Of a DNA stretch of 64,000 bases, positions 10,998 through 24,199 are shown piece after piece. The stretch covers positions 62,622,001 through 62,686,000 of the forward strand of contig OZ076409.1 in NCBI GenBank assembly GCA_964187785.1, read 5' to 3'. The translations under genes and the position numbers were made by a program. The first letter of the stretch is position 1; the number at the start of each line of letters is the position of its first letter. The notes below the pieces were generated by a model. The model was given only the letters and a program-made list of their open reading frames with translations. It made no database searches and had not been told where the DNA came from. The stretch is from Amphiscolops sp. MND2022 (Eukaryota).

Positions 10998-13900
10998 CTA
11001 TTCCCAAAAGTTTCCGGTATATGTTATACTGCCGTATCTATTCGGTATTTTGCTTTCTCGGTTAGTTCGTCTTATTTGTGTTTTTGGTTTCTCACCCGTT
11101 ATTTCGCTGTCGGTATGTAATTGTAACGTGTCTTCTTCTTCCGGATTTGTCCGTATTGTCACGTATCTCCCGTCTTTCTCGGATGTGTCGTACACTAATG
11201 GTGTTCCGGCTTCTTCCGGCATTTCTTCGTCTACGTCTTCATCGTCTTCTTCGGTATCACTTTCTGCCCGCTTTTTGTTCGGGACGATTTTCAGTTTGCC
11301 GTTCAGGATGTCCTTGAGGATTTCATCCCACCGGCTGTACTTCCCGTCCAGTCCGCGTATGGAGTGTCGGTTTTTTGTGTTTATTTCGCCGGTTGTGTGC
11401 AAGGCCGGCTCTTTTCTGATTTTTCTCTTGGTCTGAAATAATGGGTCCGAAACAAATTTTCGGTTTAATATTTTTCCGGTATCGGTTTTTATGGTACTCT
11501 CGGTTCCGCTTATGGAGGTTTGGATTTTATTTTGGAATTTTCCTTCTAATGATTTTTTGTTGTAGTTTTTTCAACAAAATGAAAGGGGTTTCTAACCGAA
11601 TTTTTCTTTTTCGGTGACTTTGGTCCGTCGGCGAGGTGTTTTTCCTCTGTCTCCGTTCTCGCCATCACGATGTCATTTGTGATGTCTCCATCTGCATCAC
11701 GGCCCACATAGATTGAGATTTTTGGTTTGTTTGATGCTGAAACAGATAGTTCTGACCAATCAGACAGGTATGATTTTCGTCTTTAACAATATTTGTTAAT
11801 TCGGTTTTCGGTTTTCTACCGTGGTGTAGTTCGAATGGTGTTAATTTTAGTCCGGTATGTATTGTAAATCGCATTACATGTAATGCTCGATTTACACTTT
11901 CGGTTAGGCTTGTGTTGTCTTCCATATTTGCTATAATTAGATTCTTCAGTGTTTGTATTGCTCTTTCTACTGTTCCGATTCCCGTGTGTATTCGGGGGGT
12001 ACAGTATTCGATTTCAATATTTCGGTTTTTGCAAACTTCTCGGTATTCTTTGGAAACAAATGCTCCTCCTTTATCGGATTTATTTTTTTCGGGTATTCCG
12101 TATAAATTAAAGTTACTAGATAAAAAGTTTATGACTTCTTTTGTTTCCGCTGACTTGCAGATTTGCAGATTTTTACGGTTGGCCATTTACTAAATCTGTC
12201 TATCTCTATTAGTATTTGTACATCTCCGTTTATCTTTTTATTGTGTAATTTTTCCGGTAAAATCGATTTGTATTTCTTGGCCGGGTTCGGTTAATTTTTC
12301 TAATTTTCCGTAGTGTTTTTTCGGTATTTGGTAATTAAGGTTTTTACCTGTTGCGAGGTAAGCAGTGCAGTCTTTCACTTTATTCTCGATGTCCTGCTTC
12401 ATTCCGGGCCACCAGAATATTTTGGCTCCTGCATTCATTTTTGTTATTCCGGAGTGACTGAAGTGGATGATGTCTGGGAGTTTTCGTCTAAGGTGGATTG
12501 GCACGACAATTTGGTCGTCTACGAAGACCAGTCCCCATCTTATTGACAGTTTGTCAAATACTGTCCGGTAGCCATCCGGAATTGTTTCCCGGTCTTCTCT
12601 CCTCATGCTGTTTCTGACGCGGGTTAGTTCCGGATCGATGGCTGTTTTGGCAATGAGTGTCTTCAAGTCCATCATGAACTCGAATTCCGCCTTCTTTATG
12701 TGTTCTTCCGTATTTTTCTTGTTGCTAGTCAGTTTCCCCACAATGTGGTTAATTTGGATGTATTTCGCTTCCTTTCCATCCGTGTTGTATTTACTGAGAT
12801 CTACTATAGGTAGATTGTCGCCCCGCATTATGATATTGTCTTCTTCGGTCTCGGCGTTTTCAATTTCCAGCTCGCCTTCTTCCCGTAATTCTTCCGGTTC
12901 GTCTTGTTCTTCGGTCATGGGTTGGTACCCGCCTTCCAGTCGATTCGTTCTCCTCATTATCTGCGCTTTGATTTCAGCCTCCTCTCTACTCCTTTTGTTT
13001 GGTCTTGATGGGGCGAATACTGTCCGTTGTGTGTCTTGGTCGTACCGGCGTCGTAGTGTTCCTGGCCGGGATAGTTGATTTCTTTGTTCGACTAGTCGGC
13101 GTGTCTCTGGGCTGTTGTTCCGTCTGCGGATAATCTCCATAATTTCACGTGTGGCGCCCCAGTGATAGAAGTTTTCGCGATCCATTTCGGTAATTTCCGT
13201 ATTTAATTTTCTGCTCTTTTGAATTTGATTTAAACTTTTAGCCTCTTTCTCTCTCTAGCGTGCTAATTTCGGACTGCCCGGATGTGATTTTCTTATTTCG
13301 TTGGTGTTTGTTCACGTTGTTTTTGTTCTCGAATGTTCTATTTTTCTGTGATTGGTTCGCGCGATTCTCATTTTGTTCTTCGGATGTATTCTTTTTTGTC
13401 TCGGTTTTTGCATTCTCGTGTTTTGATTGGTCGGCGAATTATGGTCCGTATTTTATGTTCAATTTTGCTTGTTCGGATAGTATGTTGATGACGTATTCCT
13501 CGTCGTAACTTTCCTCCGGTGTGGCTCCCCCTACCGGATTTCTACTAAGGTAATCGGTGAATTTCAAGTTATTTCCTGCGATATGTTGTATCGATATATC
13601 AAAATGAGTTGAGCGGTCTAACCATCTTGTTAATCGCGCACTATATTGTTTTTTGCTCCGGCTTCTTTTAATTAATGGTTCTAGTGCTTGATGATCGGTT
13701 AAAGGTGTACCTTTTTTCCGTATAAATAAAATCGGAATTTCTCGAGTCCCCACACTACTGCTAGTAGTTCTAGTTCACCGATAGAATATTTTTTTTCGGT
13801 ATCGTTCAAGTATCTGCTTCCGAATGCTATCGGTTTTGTGTTTCCGTCATCTTGTTTTTGCCATAGTGTTATTCCCAGTCCAGTTGTGCTGGCGTCCGTT

Positions 13901-16214
13901 GTTACTATGTTCTCTTTATCTTTTGCGTAGTGTGCTAAGCATGGGCCTACGGTTAACATTTGTTTTATTTTTCCGAAGTCTTTCTGTTGTTCTTCTGCCC
14001 ATTTCCATGGTTCATTCATTTTCAGTATTTTCCGCAACCGGTCGGTTTGTTCCGAAAGTTTCGGTAGAAATTTTGCCATATATTGTATTGCTCCGAGAAG
14101 TGACTTTAGTTCTTTTGTGTTTTCCGGTGGTTTCAATTTCAGTATTGCTTCTACTTTTTCTTCGTTCGGTTTGATTCCGTTCTCATCGATTCCGTGTCCC
14201 GACAATTTTATCCGGTTCATAAAGAATTCTGATTTCTTTTTACTTGCCCGGTAACTGGCTTTTTCCAGTTTATTTAGGACGTCGAATAGTTTCTTCTCGT
14301 GGTCTTGTCTGCTTCCCCGTGTTACCACAATTATATCGTCCAACCATGCCGGTGTGCAGTATTCAAGTGTTCGGTCGATTTTTTCTTGGAATTTTGTGGG
14401 TAAGTCGGCAAATCTGTAAAACCCTTTTTTAAACCGGTAATATCCGCTGAATTTTCCTCCGGTTAGTGCAAATACGCAGTGTCGGCTTGTTTCTTCTGAT
14501 AGTCTCATTTCACCGTATGCGTAATCCAAGTCTATTTTGGATATGAAAAGTTTTACTGTTCTGTCGCGTGTTATTTCCACCGATATTTGATTCAGTAATT
14601 CTTCCATATTTGGCATATGGGGTCTCATTTTAATGCAACTGTCGTTCAATTTCCTTGAATCTAGCGCTATTTTCACCGACTTGTCGCTTTTTACTGTTAT
14701 GACCACCGGTGATACAAAACAGTCTTCGTCTACATCGTTTATTTTTTCCAAGTGTCCGGATTATATTAGTTTTTCTAATTCCCGTCCGACATCTTCTTGA
14801 AGGTGTAGTGGTGTCGGTCTTGCTTTTTGTTTAACCGGATAGTGTCCTGGTTTTAATTGAATATTTATCTCGGTGTCTTTTATCGTTTCGTTGTTCTCAA
14901 ATAAGTCCGGAAATTTATTGAATACTTTCTCGCGTTCTGATTGGTTGTTTTCGGTCAATTGAATTTTGCTAATTGTTAGTTTGAATTTCTTCATCCAATC
15001 CATCCCCAATAATGGTGTTATGTCAGTTCTTTCGGTTATCAAGATTTCCATTTTCTGTTTGTTGTTTTCGTGTTCGACGTTTACCGGAATGTTCCCCGGA
15101 ATTTTACTTCGTTTTTGTTTACATTTTGATACCGATTTGTTTTTTTCTGTATTTCGGTTGGTTTTGTTATTCTTTCGTCCGGTGGCCTTAATGATATTGG
15201 TGATCCGGTATCAATTATAAATTCTTTTGGTATTCCGTTGATCTTCAGTGTTGTGGTGAAGTGTTTGTTTGTTTCGTCTATTTTCTTTATTTCTTTCATG
15301 TGATGTATGCTGTCTTCGGATTCACTTGATGGTTCGTCCGATTCGTTTGATTCATTTTCGGTTAGTCTTTTCACCGTTCGGTTGTTGTTCATTTTCTGTC
15401 TGCATACTTTTGCGTAATGTCCTTTCTTACCGCATTTGTTACAGTTGGAGTCTAGTGCGGGACATTTATGTAATGGAGTCCAATTTGGTGCATTACAGAA
15501 TCTGCATGTTCGGTTTCCGAAATTTCTGTTTTTCGGTCTTGCACCGAATTTTTCCATTCTCTGGATCGGTTCTTCCTTTATTATTTGATTCTCTTTTGTT
15601 GATATCAAGGCTTCCGGTTTTGTGTTCTTTTTGTTTTTCTTCTCGTACGTGTTCTGCTTGATCAGTTCAGTTATCTTCTTCAGTTCTAGTGTTTTTTCTT
15701 TCATTATTTTGTCCCGTAATTTTTTGTTTGTGATTGCTGTCATATATTTTGATATCAACAATCCTTCTGCTGAATTGGTGTTAAAGTTACATTCTTTTTC
15801 GATTTCGATTAGTCGTCTCCAGAAGTCTTCCGGTGTTTCCTCTTCTGTTTGTTTCGCCCAGAAGAAATCTCCACGAATATGGTATGTATTTATTTTTGGC
15901 ATGTGGAATTCGGTGAATAACTGGATTAAATCTTTCACTTTTATGCTGTCGGGTTCCGTTTTATATTTGGCCCTGTTTATCTGATATAGTGCTTCCGGTC
16001 CCACTCCCCACAAGAAATCTTCTTGTATTGGTTGTTCTTTTGCGGACCATCCGGAATCTGTCATGTTTTCTCCTTTCACTAGTGGTGTGATATCCATCTT
16101 GTGTTCCCGTTTGCAAAACTGCCGGAATCTTTCTAGCCACTGTCTCGGTGTAAATACCGGATTCCCGTCTGTGGCTTTTGCTTCGAGATTTGGGACTGTA
16201 TTTTTCTCTGCCAT
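10998..16214 (-). pseudogene. gag-pol polyprotein, fragmented by several frameshifts and stops
   Basis: Gag with two Zn knuckles (CRFC..H..C, CNKCGKKGH...C), protease IIDTGS, RT (KIDLDYAY, WLDD), RNase H (TTDAS, ELELLAVVWGL, TDHQAL), and integrase (H-H-C region, SDKGGAF, GTVERAI). Split over ORFs 15081..16214, 14761..15051, 13699..14751, 13439..13753, 12238..13185, 11665..12186 and 10998..11402. Confidence 0.93.
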
Positions 16215-16269
16215 TTCGTTTTCAATATTAAGAAGTTTGTTTCGGTTTAAAAAATGGCTGACTGCGCCA

Positions 16270-16491
16270 TGTTGTATTCTCTAGATCTAAGTTAGGATGG
16301 AAAAGAATAAAAATTATATCTCTAGTTTCAACTGTTCTATATCAAATCAAATTGTACTTGTGTATCAAATGTAATTTAATATAGATTGAGTTTGTTAGTA
16401 AACAACTCTAGTATCTAGACTAGATAGTTTGTAGACCGAATCTCGGTAGAGGTTAAATGGTAGTCTGGGCCGGTTTGAACCGAATATAACA
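16270..16491 (-). repeat. 5' LTR of the minus-strand Gypsy element
   Basis: Near-identical to 10604..10825 and followed by the PBS on the minus strand. Confidence 0.95.
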
Positions 16492-17789
16492 GCCACAGTT
16501 TGGGATGTTATATAGCTGTGAATAATTTTGGGAATTGGTGAGTGAAAATCAAACAAACAAAAACAATAAATGCTACTAGAATACAAAATGTTGACAACAA
16601 GAACAGTAGAATAATTCCTCTCGAAATCGCGACGTGGGACAAAAAAAATGAGTTTTAACATTACACCTAAAGATTCGTAATGGTGAAAAAATGCGCGGGA
16701 GTAGTCATATCAACATTGATCAATTGAATAGAACAAGCATTTCTTATCACAACGGAAATGAGTGTTATCTTCAATTTGCAGCTTGCAAGATGATAAACCC
16801 AGGTTTTTTTTAAAAAAAGATATCAGTAAGTTATGTATGCGCGTGACTAAGTTATAAAGTGTGTTTAAACATAACCCCCTCTTTTTGCTATTTTGTGACC
16901 CCAAATATGCGGAGGTCTAATTCTGCCGCAGGCGACTCAGGTTATATCAGAGTATGTTGCATTTTGAATTTATATGATATCTGCATTTTTCTTTCTCATT
17001 TTCTTTCCTCGATTTAGCCGTTATCTCTCCAAATTTGTCTTATATATCTCTCTCTTTCTTTCTCGCTCTAGCCTACAACTTACGTTGACTGCTTTTGAAC
17101 CGCCGAGGCAAGTTTTGAATTACTTCTGTTCAATTCTTACTCTTTCGAGCTGTTCTGTGCCGTGAATTGTCTATCTCATTGCTTATCACTCTAATCTGCA
17201 TATCTATCTGCAGAATGGTGGCAATAAATAGTAATTACCCAACTTCTAATCTCACATCCTTGCAAACTCTAATCACCAATCTGAAATATCTGCCATTTCC
17301 ACCTCTGAGATAGAATACTCTATCTAGCGTTTTAAAACTATTTCTGTATGCTGCTAGAACATACCATTTATAGCTAAAGCCATAAATATATTTATAACTT
17401 CAAACGCTCAATAATCTGGTATAAATGCTTTGGGGTTTATCAGATAGTAAACTCTTTGAGGTTTATCAGATAGGAAAAGTAGAGAGAGAGAAATAGAGAA
17501 ACAGAAATTCCGAACAGAAATCCCTGAAAGTAGCCCAAATTTTGATAAACATTACATTACACAAATCGCATATGAGCTTTTTGATTTGATGTTTTGGGCG
17601 TCAATAAAGTTTCAATATATTTTGAACTCAAACAAGTATGAAAAACAATTGAGTGAGAGAAAGCTACTGAAAAATAAACAAGTCGATTTTGCCAAACACC
17701 CTCGAAAATTTGAAGTAACTATTATTCATTGATTATCGAGGAAACTTTTCCACGTTGCCTTCTTGAATTACGACGCATTTTTCGGAGAA

Positions 17790-18397
17790 TAACAAGACTG
17801 AAACGTCTCAAGTCGGCGCTACACTTAAGAAATGCTAAGGCTTTTTTCTATGAAAAAATCACATAAAAGTGTCGAAAGACCCAAAGGTGCTAGGAAAACG
17901 CTTTAGAAGTTCGGATAGGTTCATTATAGCGTGCTGAGACGAATACGAGCGCTTTTTTCGATCATACGGCTCGAATTCAAACAGCATCGAAGAAAAGTAT
18001 TGGTGGATACATATTGAGAAAACCTGTTATCAGACGAAAAATGAGAATTTTGAGTAATTTTATAGTGCCGAAAATGTTAAAGGGGGACCCTTTCGTATTT
18101 TTTAACACATTCTGTTACAAAAATTGAAGAGAGACCCTTTGGAGACATTAGAAAGTTTTGAAAAAAAAAGTTTCACAAGGCCCAAATAAATCAAAAGTGG
18201 GAACCTTTAGTCTCGTCCAGTTTTGTTTAAAATGGTATAATTGACAGGGGGACCCTTTGCACTGACTTAGATGCGTTTTCGCTGGCCGGACTTGGCCGGT
18301 CCAGTGGTTGAGTAAATTCTGTAAAAAGTGAACACTACGCAAAAAACTAGCCCCTGTAGCTGTCGCGCTCATTTATACGAAAAGGCGCCGACTAAAA
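17790..18397 (+). mobile_element. Short non-autonomous interspersed element, Helentron/HINE-like
   Basis: Starts AACAAG..AGTCGGCGC and ends GGCGCCGACTAAAA (subterminal inverted repeat). Related copies at 20143..20741(-), 40913..41585(+) and 54131..54967(+). Confidence 0.6.
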
Positions 18398-18482
18398 CTT
18401 GAAGAAACTTAAAAAAGAGAAAAGAATCACGTGCCCTACATGCTAAAAGTTTGCGGTTAATTCTAGTTAAATGAATGCTATA

Positions 18483-18690
18483 GCGGAATAACATCTAAAA
18501 TCACTGAAAAACCACAGGAATAAGATCTAAAACTCCCAAAAAACCACTGAAATGAGATATAAAACCACTGACGAAATACCACCGAACCAAGATCTAAAAT
18601 TACAGAAAAAAGTCATAAAATCTGAAATCACCCAAAAAAATCACTGGAATAAGATCTGAACTCACTGGATAACCAGTGGAAAATGTTTTT
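18483..18690 (+). repeat. Degenerate ~30-bp minisatellite (GAATAAGATCTAAAATCACTGAAAAAACCAC-like)
   Basis: About 6 imperfect tandem units. The same motif recurs as an inverted pair at ~63285-63355. Confidence 0.7.
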
Positions 18691-18855
18691 CGGACACGAT
18701 CTGAAACTGCAAACAGGGTTTACAGAAAATTCAGAACCGGTCCTGATAATTATCCCATTCTGTTTGGCTTTGATGCGTCTAAAGGTATTTCGTGTAGTAA
18801 ATCCTGTTTCTAGAAATTTTGAACGAAATTTTCATTTTCGAAATTTTCGAATTTT

Positions 18856-18970
18856 CCACCGATCGTCCATCGGTGGACCACCGGTGGCCACCGATGGGAA
18901 AGCCTCCATGTAATCTAATTTTCCCCCACCGGTGGCCACCGGTGGTCCACCGATGGCCACTGGTGGGTTA
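18856..18970. repeat. GC-rich cluster of palindromic CCACCGGTGG / CCACCGATGG units
   Basis: Repeated 10-11-bp self-complementary units in an AT-rich context, probably part of a small foldback or MITE element. Confidence 0.6.
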
Positions 18971-19199
18971 CCATGGGTTGTCAGTACGGGTACATTACTG
19001 TAGTAAGGTGACCAACAACCTGCTAGAAAAAAAAGTGCAATAGAATTTCTTTCGATGCTACCATTAGCGTCAATGTAACCATTATAATGCAGTCTGTTAA
19101 AAGCAAATTGTTTTCCCTGCTGTACGCGATTAATTGGGGCAGCAAGCACAAGATGATCTTGTTTAAGGTATGCCAACCTTCCAGTCGAAGGGTGCGGAA

Positions 19200-19580
19200 T
19201 AAAAATCCCAAAACGGGGCAGATGTCTTTCGACAAAACACGCATCCACGCTGTTCAGACGAAAAGTGTTGATAGATGGGCCTGCAGATGGACAATTTGCG
19301 CACTATAAGGCTGTCAGTTTTATGTATATGGTAATCGGGGTGGCAGTTAGAAAAACACTGCTGGAACTAAACCCCAATATAGATGTGAAAAACATGGCGC
19401 TGAAAGATTTGATGAAAGAGTGCAGTGGCGAATTCATGAAGAAAAGTTGCATGATTGACCGGCCTAAATTTTCGAATGGGACGCTCTAGGAAAATGAATT
19501 GTTGTAACAATTTTGGCAAACCCTGAACGAATGGCCATTAAATCTGATTTTGGAGACGAAATACAAAGGTTTGTTTATAA
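19200..19580 (+). pseudogene. Possible old Gypsy gag remnant
   Basis: Translation YMVIGVAVRKTL..NP.IDV....LKDLMKEC...F....DR.KF......E.L.QFW resembles the gag N-terminus of the 10604..16491 element. Multiple stops. Confidence 0.35.
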
Positions 19581-20142
19581 CATCCCTAGCCGAGATTGCT
19601 TAACTTTTAACATGCTGCATGGAAACATGCAGGCTAATTTTTTATAAATCATGGAAAATTCCGGGACCATGCATGGAAACATTTTGTAGAATTACAATGC
19701 AGCCTTCACTATTTGAATTAAAACTGAAAACAATTCCACTTCTTCGCAGCAGCGATCACTTTGTTTTCACGCTTAAGTTTCTCATGTAAGTACCTTATGT
19801 AATCACCGTTAGCCAAATAGCACGCTGAATATGACGCTACTTTGAAACTTATAATGTGACTGAAGTTTATTTGCATTAAAATTTCGGTAAAATTGATGAA
19901 GGTCTCAGTTGCTTTCAAAATTAGAACGGCGTCTTAATGAAACCTGCAAAACGTCGCGGCGCAGAATTGCCGCCAAATTTAGGTAAAAGTCATGGGAAAT
20001 TAGCTTGGTAACCTACAAAAACATGTAAAAAGTACCAGCAGTTCCAACCAGGGATGTTTGTGTCGAATATGCAGAATCCACAGTACAAGAGCAGCTGTCG
20101 TTTACTGTGAAGGTGTATCTGAAACATTAAATCTTTATTTAG

Positions 20143-20741
20143 TTTTAGTCGGCGCTTTTCTAATGAAAAGAGCCCGACTATTACAGTGGCAAGTTTTTTT
20201 CTTTTTTTTTCGTCAGACTTTTCACTCATCGCGTATGTACCACTTTTTGTGAAAGATTCACTTTTACCAAAAGTACTCAGTACTTGATTTTGAACGCATG
20301 CAAAGGCCTCTACCTTGAAATGCAAAACCTAGAAGGGTCCCCCCTTCCAATGTTTTGGTGCTATGAGACTTTCCCCGCCCCTTTTTTCGGCTTTGTGAGA
20401 CTTTTTTTTCGAAAACTTTTAAAGTCTTCAAAGGGTCCCCCCTTCTATTTTTTTTAGTGTTTTGCACCTGAATGGATGTTGAAAAAGCCTAAAGGGCCCT
20501 TCGTTACATTTTTTGACACTATGAGACTGTTAAAAATTCTCATTTTTCGTTTTTTTTGGAAAATTTCAAAAAATTTTGAAATTTTTCAATGTCTCCGAAG
20601 GGTCGCTCCTTCATTTTTTTGATATTTTGCAATAAACTTAATTTTCAAAAAGCCCAACGAGTCCCCCCTTCTACAATTTTAAAAACTTTGCGCTTTTTGA
20701 GCCTTGGATATGGCGCCGACTTTAGACGTTTATGTTAGTTT
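20143..20741 (-). mobile_element. Short HINE-like element (same family as 17790..18397)
   Basis: Reverse-complement termini TTTTAGTCGGCGC (20143) and GGCGCCGACTTTAGACGTT (~20712-20730), with shared internal AAGGGGGACCC blocks. Confidence 0.6.
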
Positions 20742-22826
20742 CGACGAACGTTTATAAACTGAATTATATTACGCCTTTTATAGTGTGCGGGGATTTGGTT
20801 GTGGTAGAGATCGTCTATGATCTTACCGACTAACAATCGGCTAATGAACAATGTGAAAAGACACCTATTCAGATGCCACTATTAACGTCAATATTACCAC
20901 TGCAGTAATAGCGGTACATCAAAAACCTATGTCACTAGTAAAATACGGACTTCTTAACGACTATTTTCACGGACTAGTTTCTCGGTGCAAATGAAAGTGT
21001 TGTTGTTGACCAATGTTGTTTTGACAAAAGTTCCCTATATAGGAGTTTGTTGGACTTCAACTAATCTTGATGGTGTCAATTGGTATAGAGTAATCTTTCT
21101 GCAAATATGTGATAGCAATTCAGACTTATCATTTTCTCGTTTTTGTTCTAGAAGACAGCGATGTATATAGGCCACGTAGTGCGCTGCGAATTTCACAAAA
21201 ACACGGAAAATGGGGGGTTGTTAGATTTCTGAACCCGTAGTTTCCACTTAACGAATCACTTGAAACATATAGTTGGGGGAAACTTGGAATTTGGTACTTG
21301 AAAGAAACCAGCACAGGAGTTTCTGATGAAAAAATAGCACGTGAATATACTGCTTGCAGTTTTTTATTCAGCTCTATTTTTGCCCTACGTTAGCAAACTA
21401 TGTGAGATGATGGAACTTGCGTAGAGTAATAGACATATTATTGGTAACAAACACATATCTTAATATCTTAAACCTAAAGTTTGTCAACGTTTTGAGAAAC
21501 TGAGAATCATGGTTTGTGAAATGAAGTTTTTCATCAGTTCGCAAACCTAAGTATTTATTTTACAGTCAAATTTCTTTCGATCAATTGGTAGTTCAAAAGT
21601 ATAATTGTTGATTCGGAATTTGGGACTTCAAAATATAAAAACGGTGACTTCTGCGACTTCTAAGATTTGTTCTTCATAGAACATAGCACTGTTTTATGGG
21701 AAATCCGGGACCTTTTTGAATTTGAAAAGTTTGGGAGTTATCTGAAAAACATCCTTTAGAAATTTGCTTTGGTATTACTTCTTCTAGACTGGAAGCGCAT
21801 AAAAAAGCTAATGAAAACTGAAAAGTTCGAAAAAATCAATAATATACTACCTCATTTTTCGCTGTGAATTTTTCCTTTGTCGTTGGTTGCGAGAGTACTT
21901 TCTTTCAATGCATAAAACTCATTCGGTAACGCGGTCGCAGTCAACTTCAGCTGAGAAAGTTTCCTTTTGAGGAACGCAATCGTTACCACCAGCTAAAACA
22001 GGAGCAATGAATTTATTGTTTTACAAAAAAAATGTTTTGCACAATAACAGACTCTGCGTGCTACAACTTTGTATTTTTGACTTCCCGTTGATACGTTTTC
22101 ATTCTGATATTCAAAAGATTAATTTTATTTATTCCTAATTTTCGTTCAGATGTCCTAATTTATCAGTGCAAAATTATCTGTAAACAAAAATTCAAGGAAT
22201 ACAACAGAGTTATCTATCGCTATCATAAATGCATTTTCCCGATTTAGAATTCCAGAGACGTTAATTGAACTATCTTATCAACACATTTGATAAAAACTGA
22301 AATCTTAAGTTTTTAGCAGATACGGGTAAATTAGTTTTGAATACTCCTAAGCAACGTTTTTCGAGGACTCGTGAAAAATTGTTCAAAACGCAAACTGAAT
22401 ATGAAGTTTTAAAACATCGAAAAACTGTCCGGAAAGACTTCTGGAAATTAGCATGATGTTAGCATAAATTATTAACAAAACCATTGTTTCAAATGAGTAA
22501 GCCTCTTGATAAAATTATCTACATCTACCCTAGTTTTCGGAAATCACAAATTCTTGCCAATTATGCATTTTTTTTACAAAGTTGTTACAAGAATCGCAAA
22601 TCTTGCAAGTTTGGTACAATGTCGAACATTTCTTTTAAGATACTTATAACATTTTTGCACCAATTGCATCTATTCGTAAAGTCGTATGAACGTCTTACAA
22701 AAAATGCGTTCAATAATTTTTCAATTATAATTTGCGTTCAATTTTAAAAAATTCTAAATTCGACCAGAAATTCGATCAACAACTCTCAGCTCTTTTGTGT
22801 CAGGTTTGAAAAACATTCAATAATAA

Positions 22827-23915
22827 TAACAAGACGCCGGCTGAGCAGCGAGATATTTTCCGCCCAAAAATGTTCTACAACTACATAAGTTTGAGTCTCA
22901 AGAATAGCCAATGCATTATAAAAACGCAAAGATGGTCGAAAAATAGCTTTGATTCATTTCAGCCCATTTTAAAGGAAACAACTAATATAAATTTTCTGCT
23001 ATAGCCGGCCACTTTTCGTTTTCTGTCACTATGCGACTTACTGAGAAAAGTGAAAATTTTCAACAAACTTTTAGAAAATACTTCTCTAAAAGCGTTTTTC
23101 GCAATTTTTAGTTTTTGAGGCTTTCTGTAAAGGAAAAATGTTTCCCGAGTCTTGAGGGTGACTTCTNNNNNNNNNNNNNNNNNNNNNNNNNNNNNNNNNN
23201 NNNNNNNNNNNNNNNNNNNNNNNNNNNNNNNNNNNNNNNNNNNNNNNNNNNNNNNNNNNNNNNNNNNNNNNNNNNNNNNNNNNNNNNNNNNNNNNNNNNN
23301 NNNNNNNNNNNNNNNNNNNNNNNNNNNNNNNNNNNNNNNNNNNNNNNNNNNNNNNNNNNNNNNNNNACTCCATATCTAGTGATTTTGCTTGGAGGTTTTT
23401 GAATATTAAATATTGGATAAATGAGTACGAAGATTACGTTTTCAGGTAACGTTTTTGGAAGTTGGGCAAATAAACATGTCTGATATCTTTTGGAACACTA
23501 CCGGTAACTACACGTTTCAGTCCTAGGCCTATTGTACTTCTGATTGAAGTAAACTATCGGAAAGTGTCCAAAATTGGGACTTTGTTGTCAAAAATAACGA
23601 AAGATTGGAAGTTTTGACACCTTTGTTGTGAACTTCATGAACTTCCTACCACTTTTTTTCTCAATTGCGTTTTGGAAATTTTTTTGTTCCAACGCTCGGG
23701 TCATTCGAAATTCTTTTTTTTTCGTGGTTTGGGAACAAAAATTGGGATTAGTTGGGCAAACAATATGCTTTTTTTGTTGTTTCATGGATTTGTGGGTGCT
23801 TTTGTGGCCATTTGCAACAAAAATGCAATTATCTCTTCAAAACTGCCTATTGGAGAGACCCAGATTAGCCATTGTTGAGTGTTTAAACTATTCTATGCAA
23901 GGATGTAGCTCAAAA
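22827..23915 (+). mobile_element. Partial copy of the long HINE-like family, spanning the assembly gap
   Basis: Starts AACAAGACGCCGGCTGAGCAGCGAGATATTTTCCGCCC, as at 44186 and 55923. Sequence after the gap matches the interior of those copies. Confidence 0.65.
23167..23366. other. Assembly gap (200 N)
   Basis: Run of N. Confidence 1.
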
Positions 23916-24199
23916 AACATATGTATGTACATATATATAAATATACAAATATACACACACATATATTATATATATACCGCCCCTAAATGCTTGCTAAAAG
24001 CACAAACGCTTGTCAGGAGAAAGACTTTGCCTTTAAATTGACATGAAACTAAGGTTTAACTCAGAGGTTAAAAAAAAGGTTTAACGGAAAGGTTTAACAT
24101 AAAGGTGTAACATAAAGATCTGAAACTTGGTGATAAAATTTTCCAAATTGATTTTTGTCCATTTCACATACTATTCTGTCTGAAGGTAGTACTCCCTAT

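Larger units (their letters stand above)
10604..16491 (-). mobile_element. Full-length, decayed Gypsy/Ty3 LTR retrotransposon
   Basis: 222-bp LTRs at 10604..10825 and 16270..16491 (TG..CA, 7 differences counted). 5-bp TSD GCCAC (10599-10603, 16492-16496). PBS TGGCGCAGTC (16269-16260, tRNA-Ser type) and PPT AGGGGAGAAA (10835-10826). Domain order gag-PR-RT-RH-IN. Confidence 0.97.

Noticed and set aside
16824..16851. Possible TIR start CAGTAAGTTATGTATGCGCGTGACTAAG
   Set aside because: No matching inverted end found in the window.
18483..18690. CRISPR-like array (also 26885..27030)
   Set aside because: Degenerate head-to-tail units without unique spacers, eukaryotic context, no cas genes.
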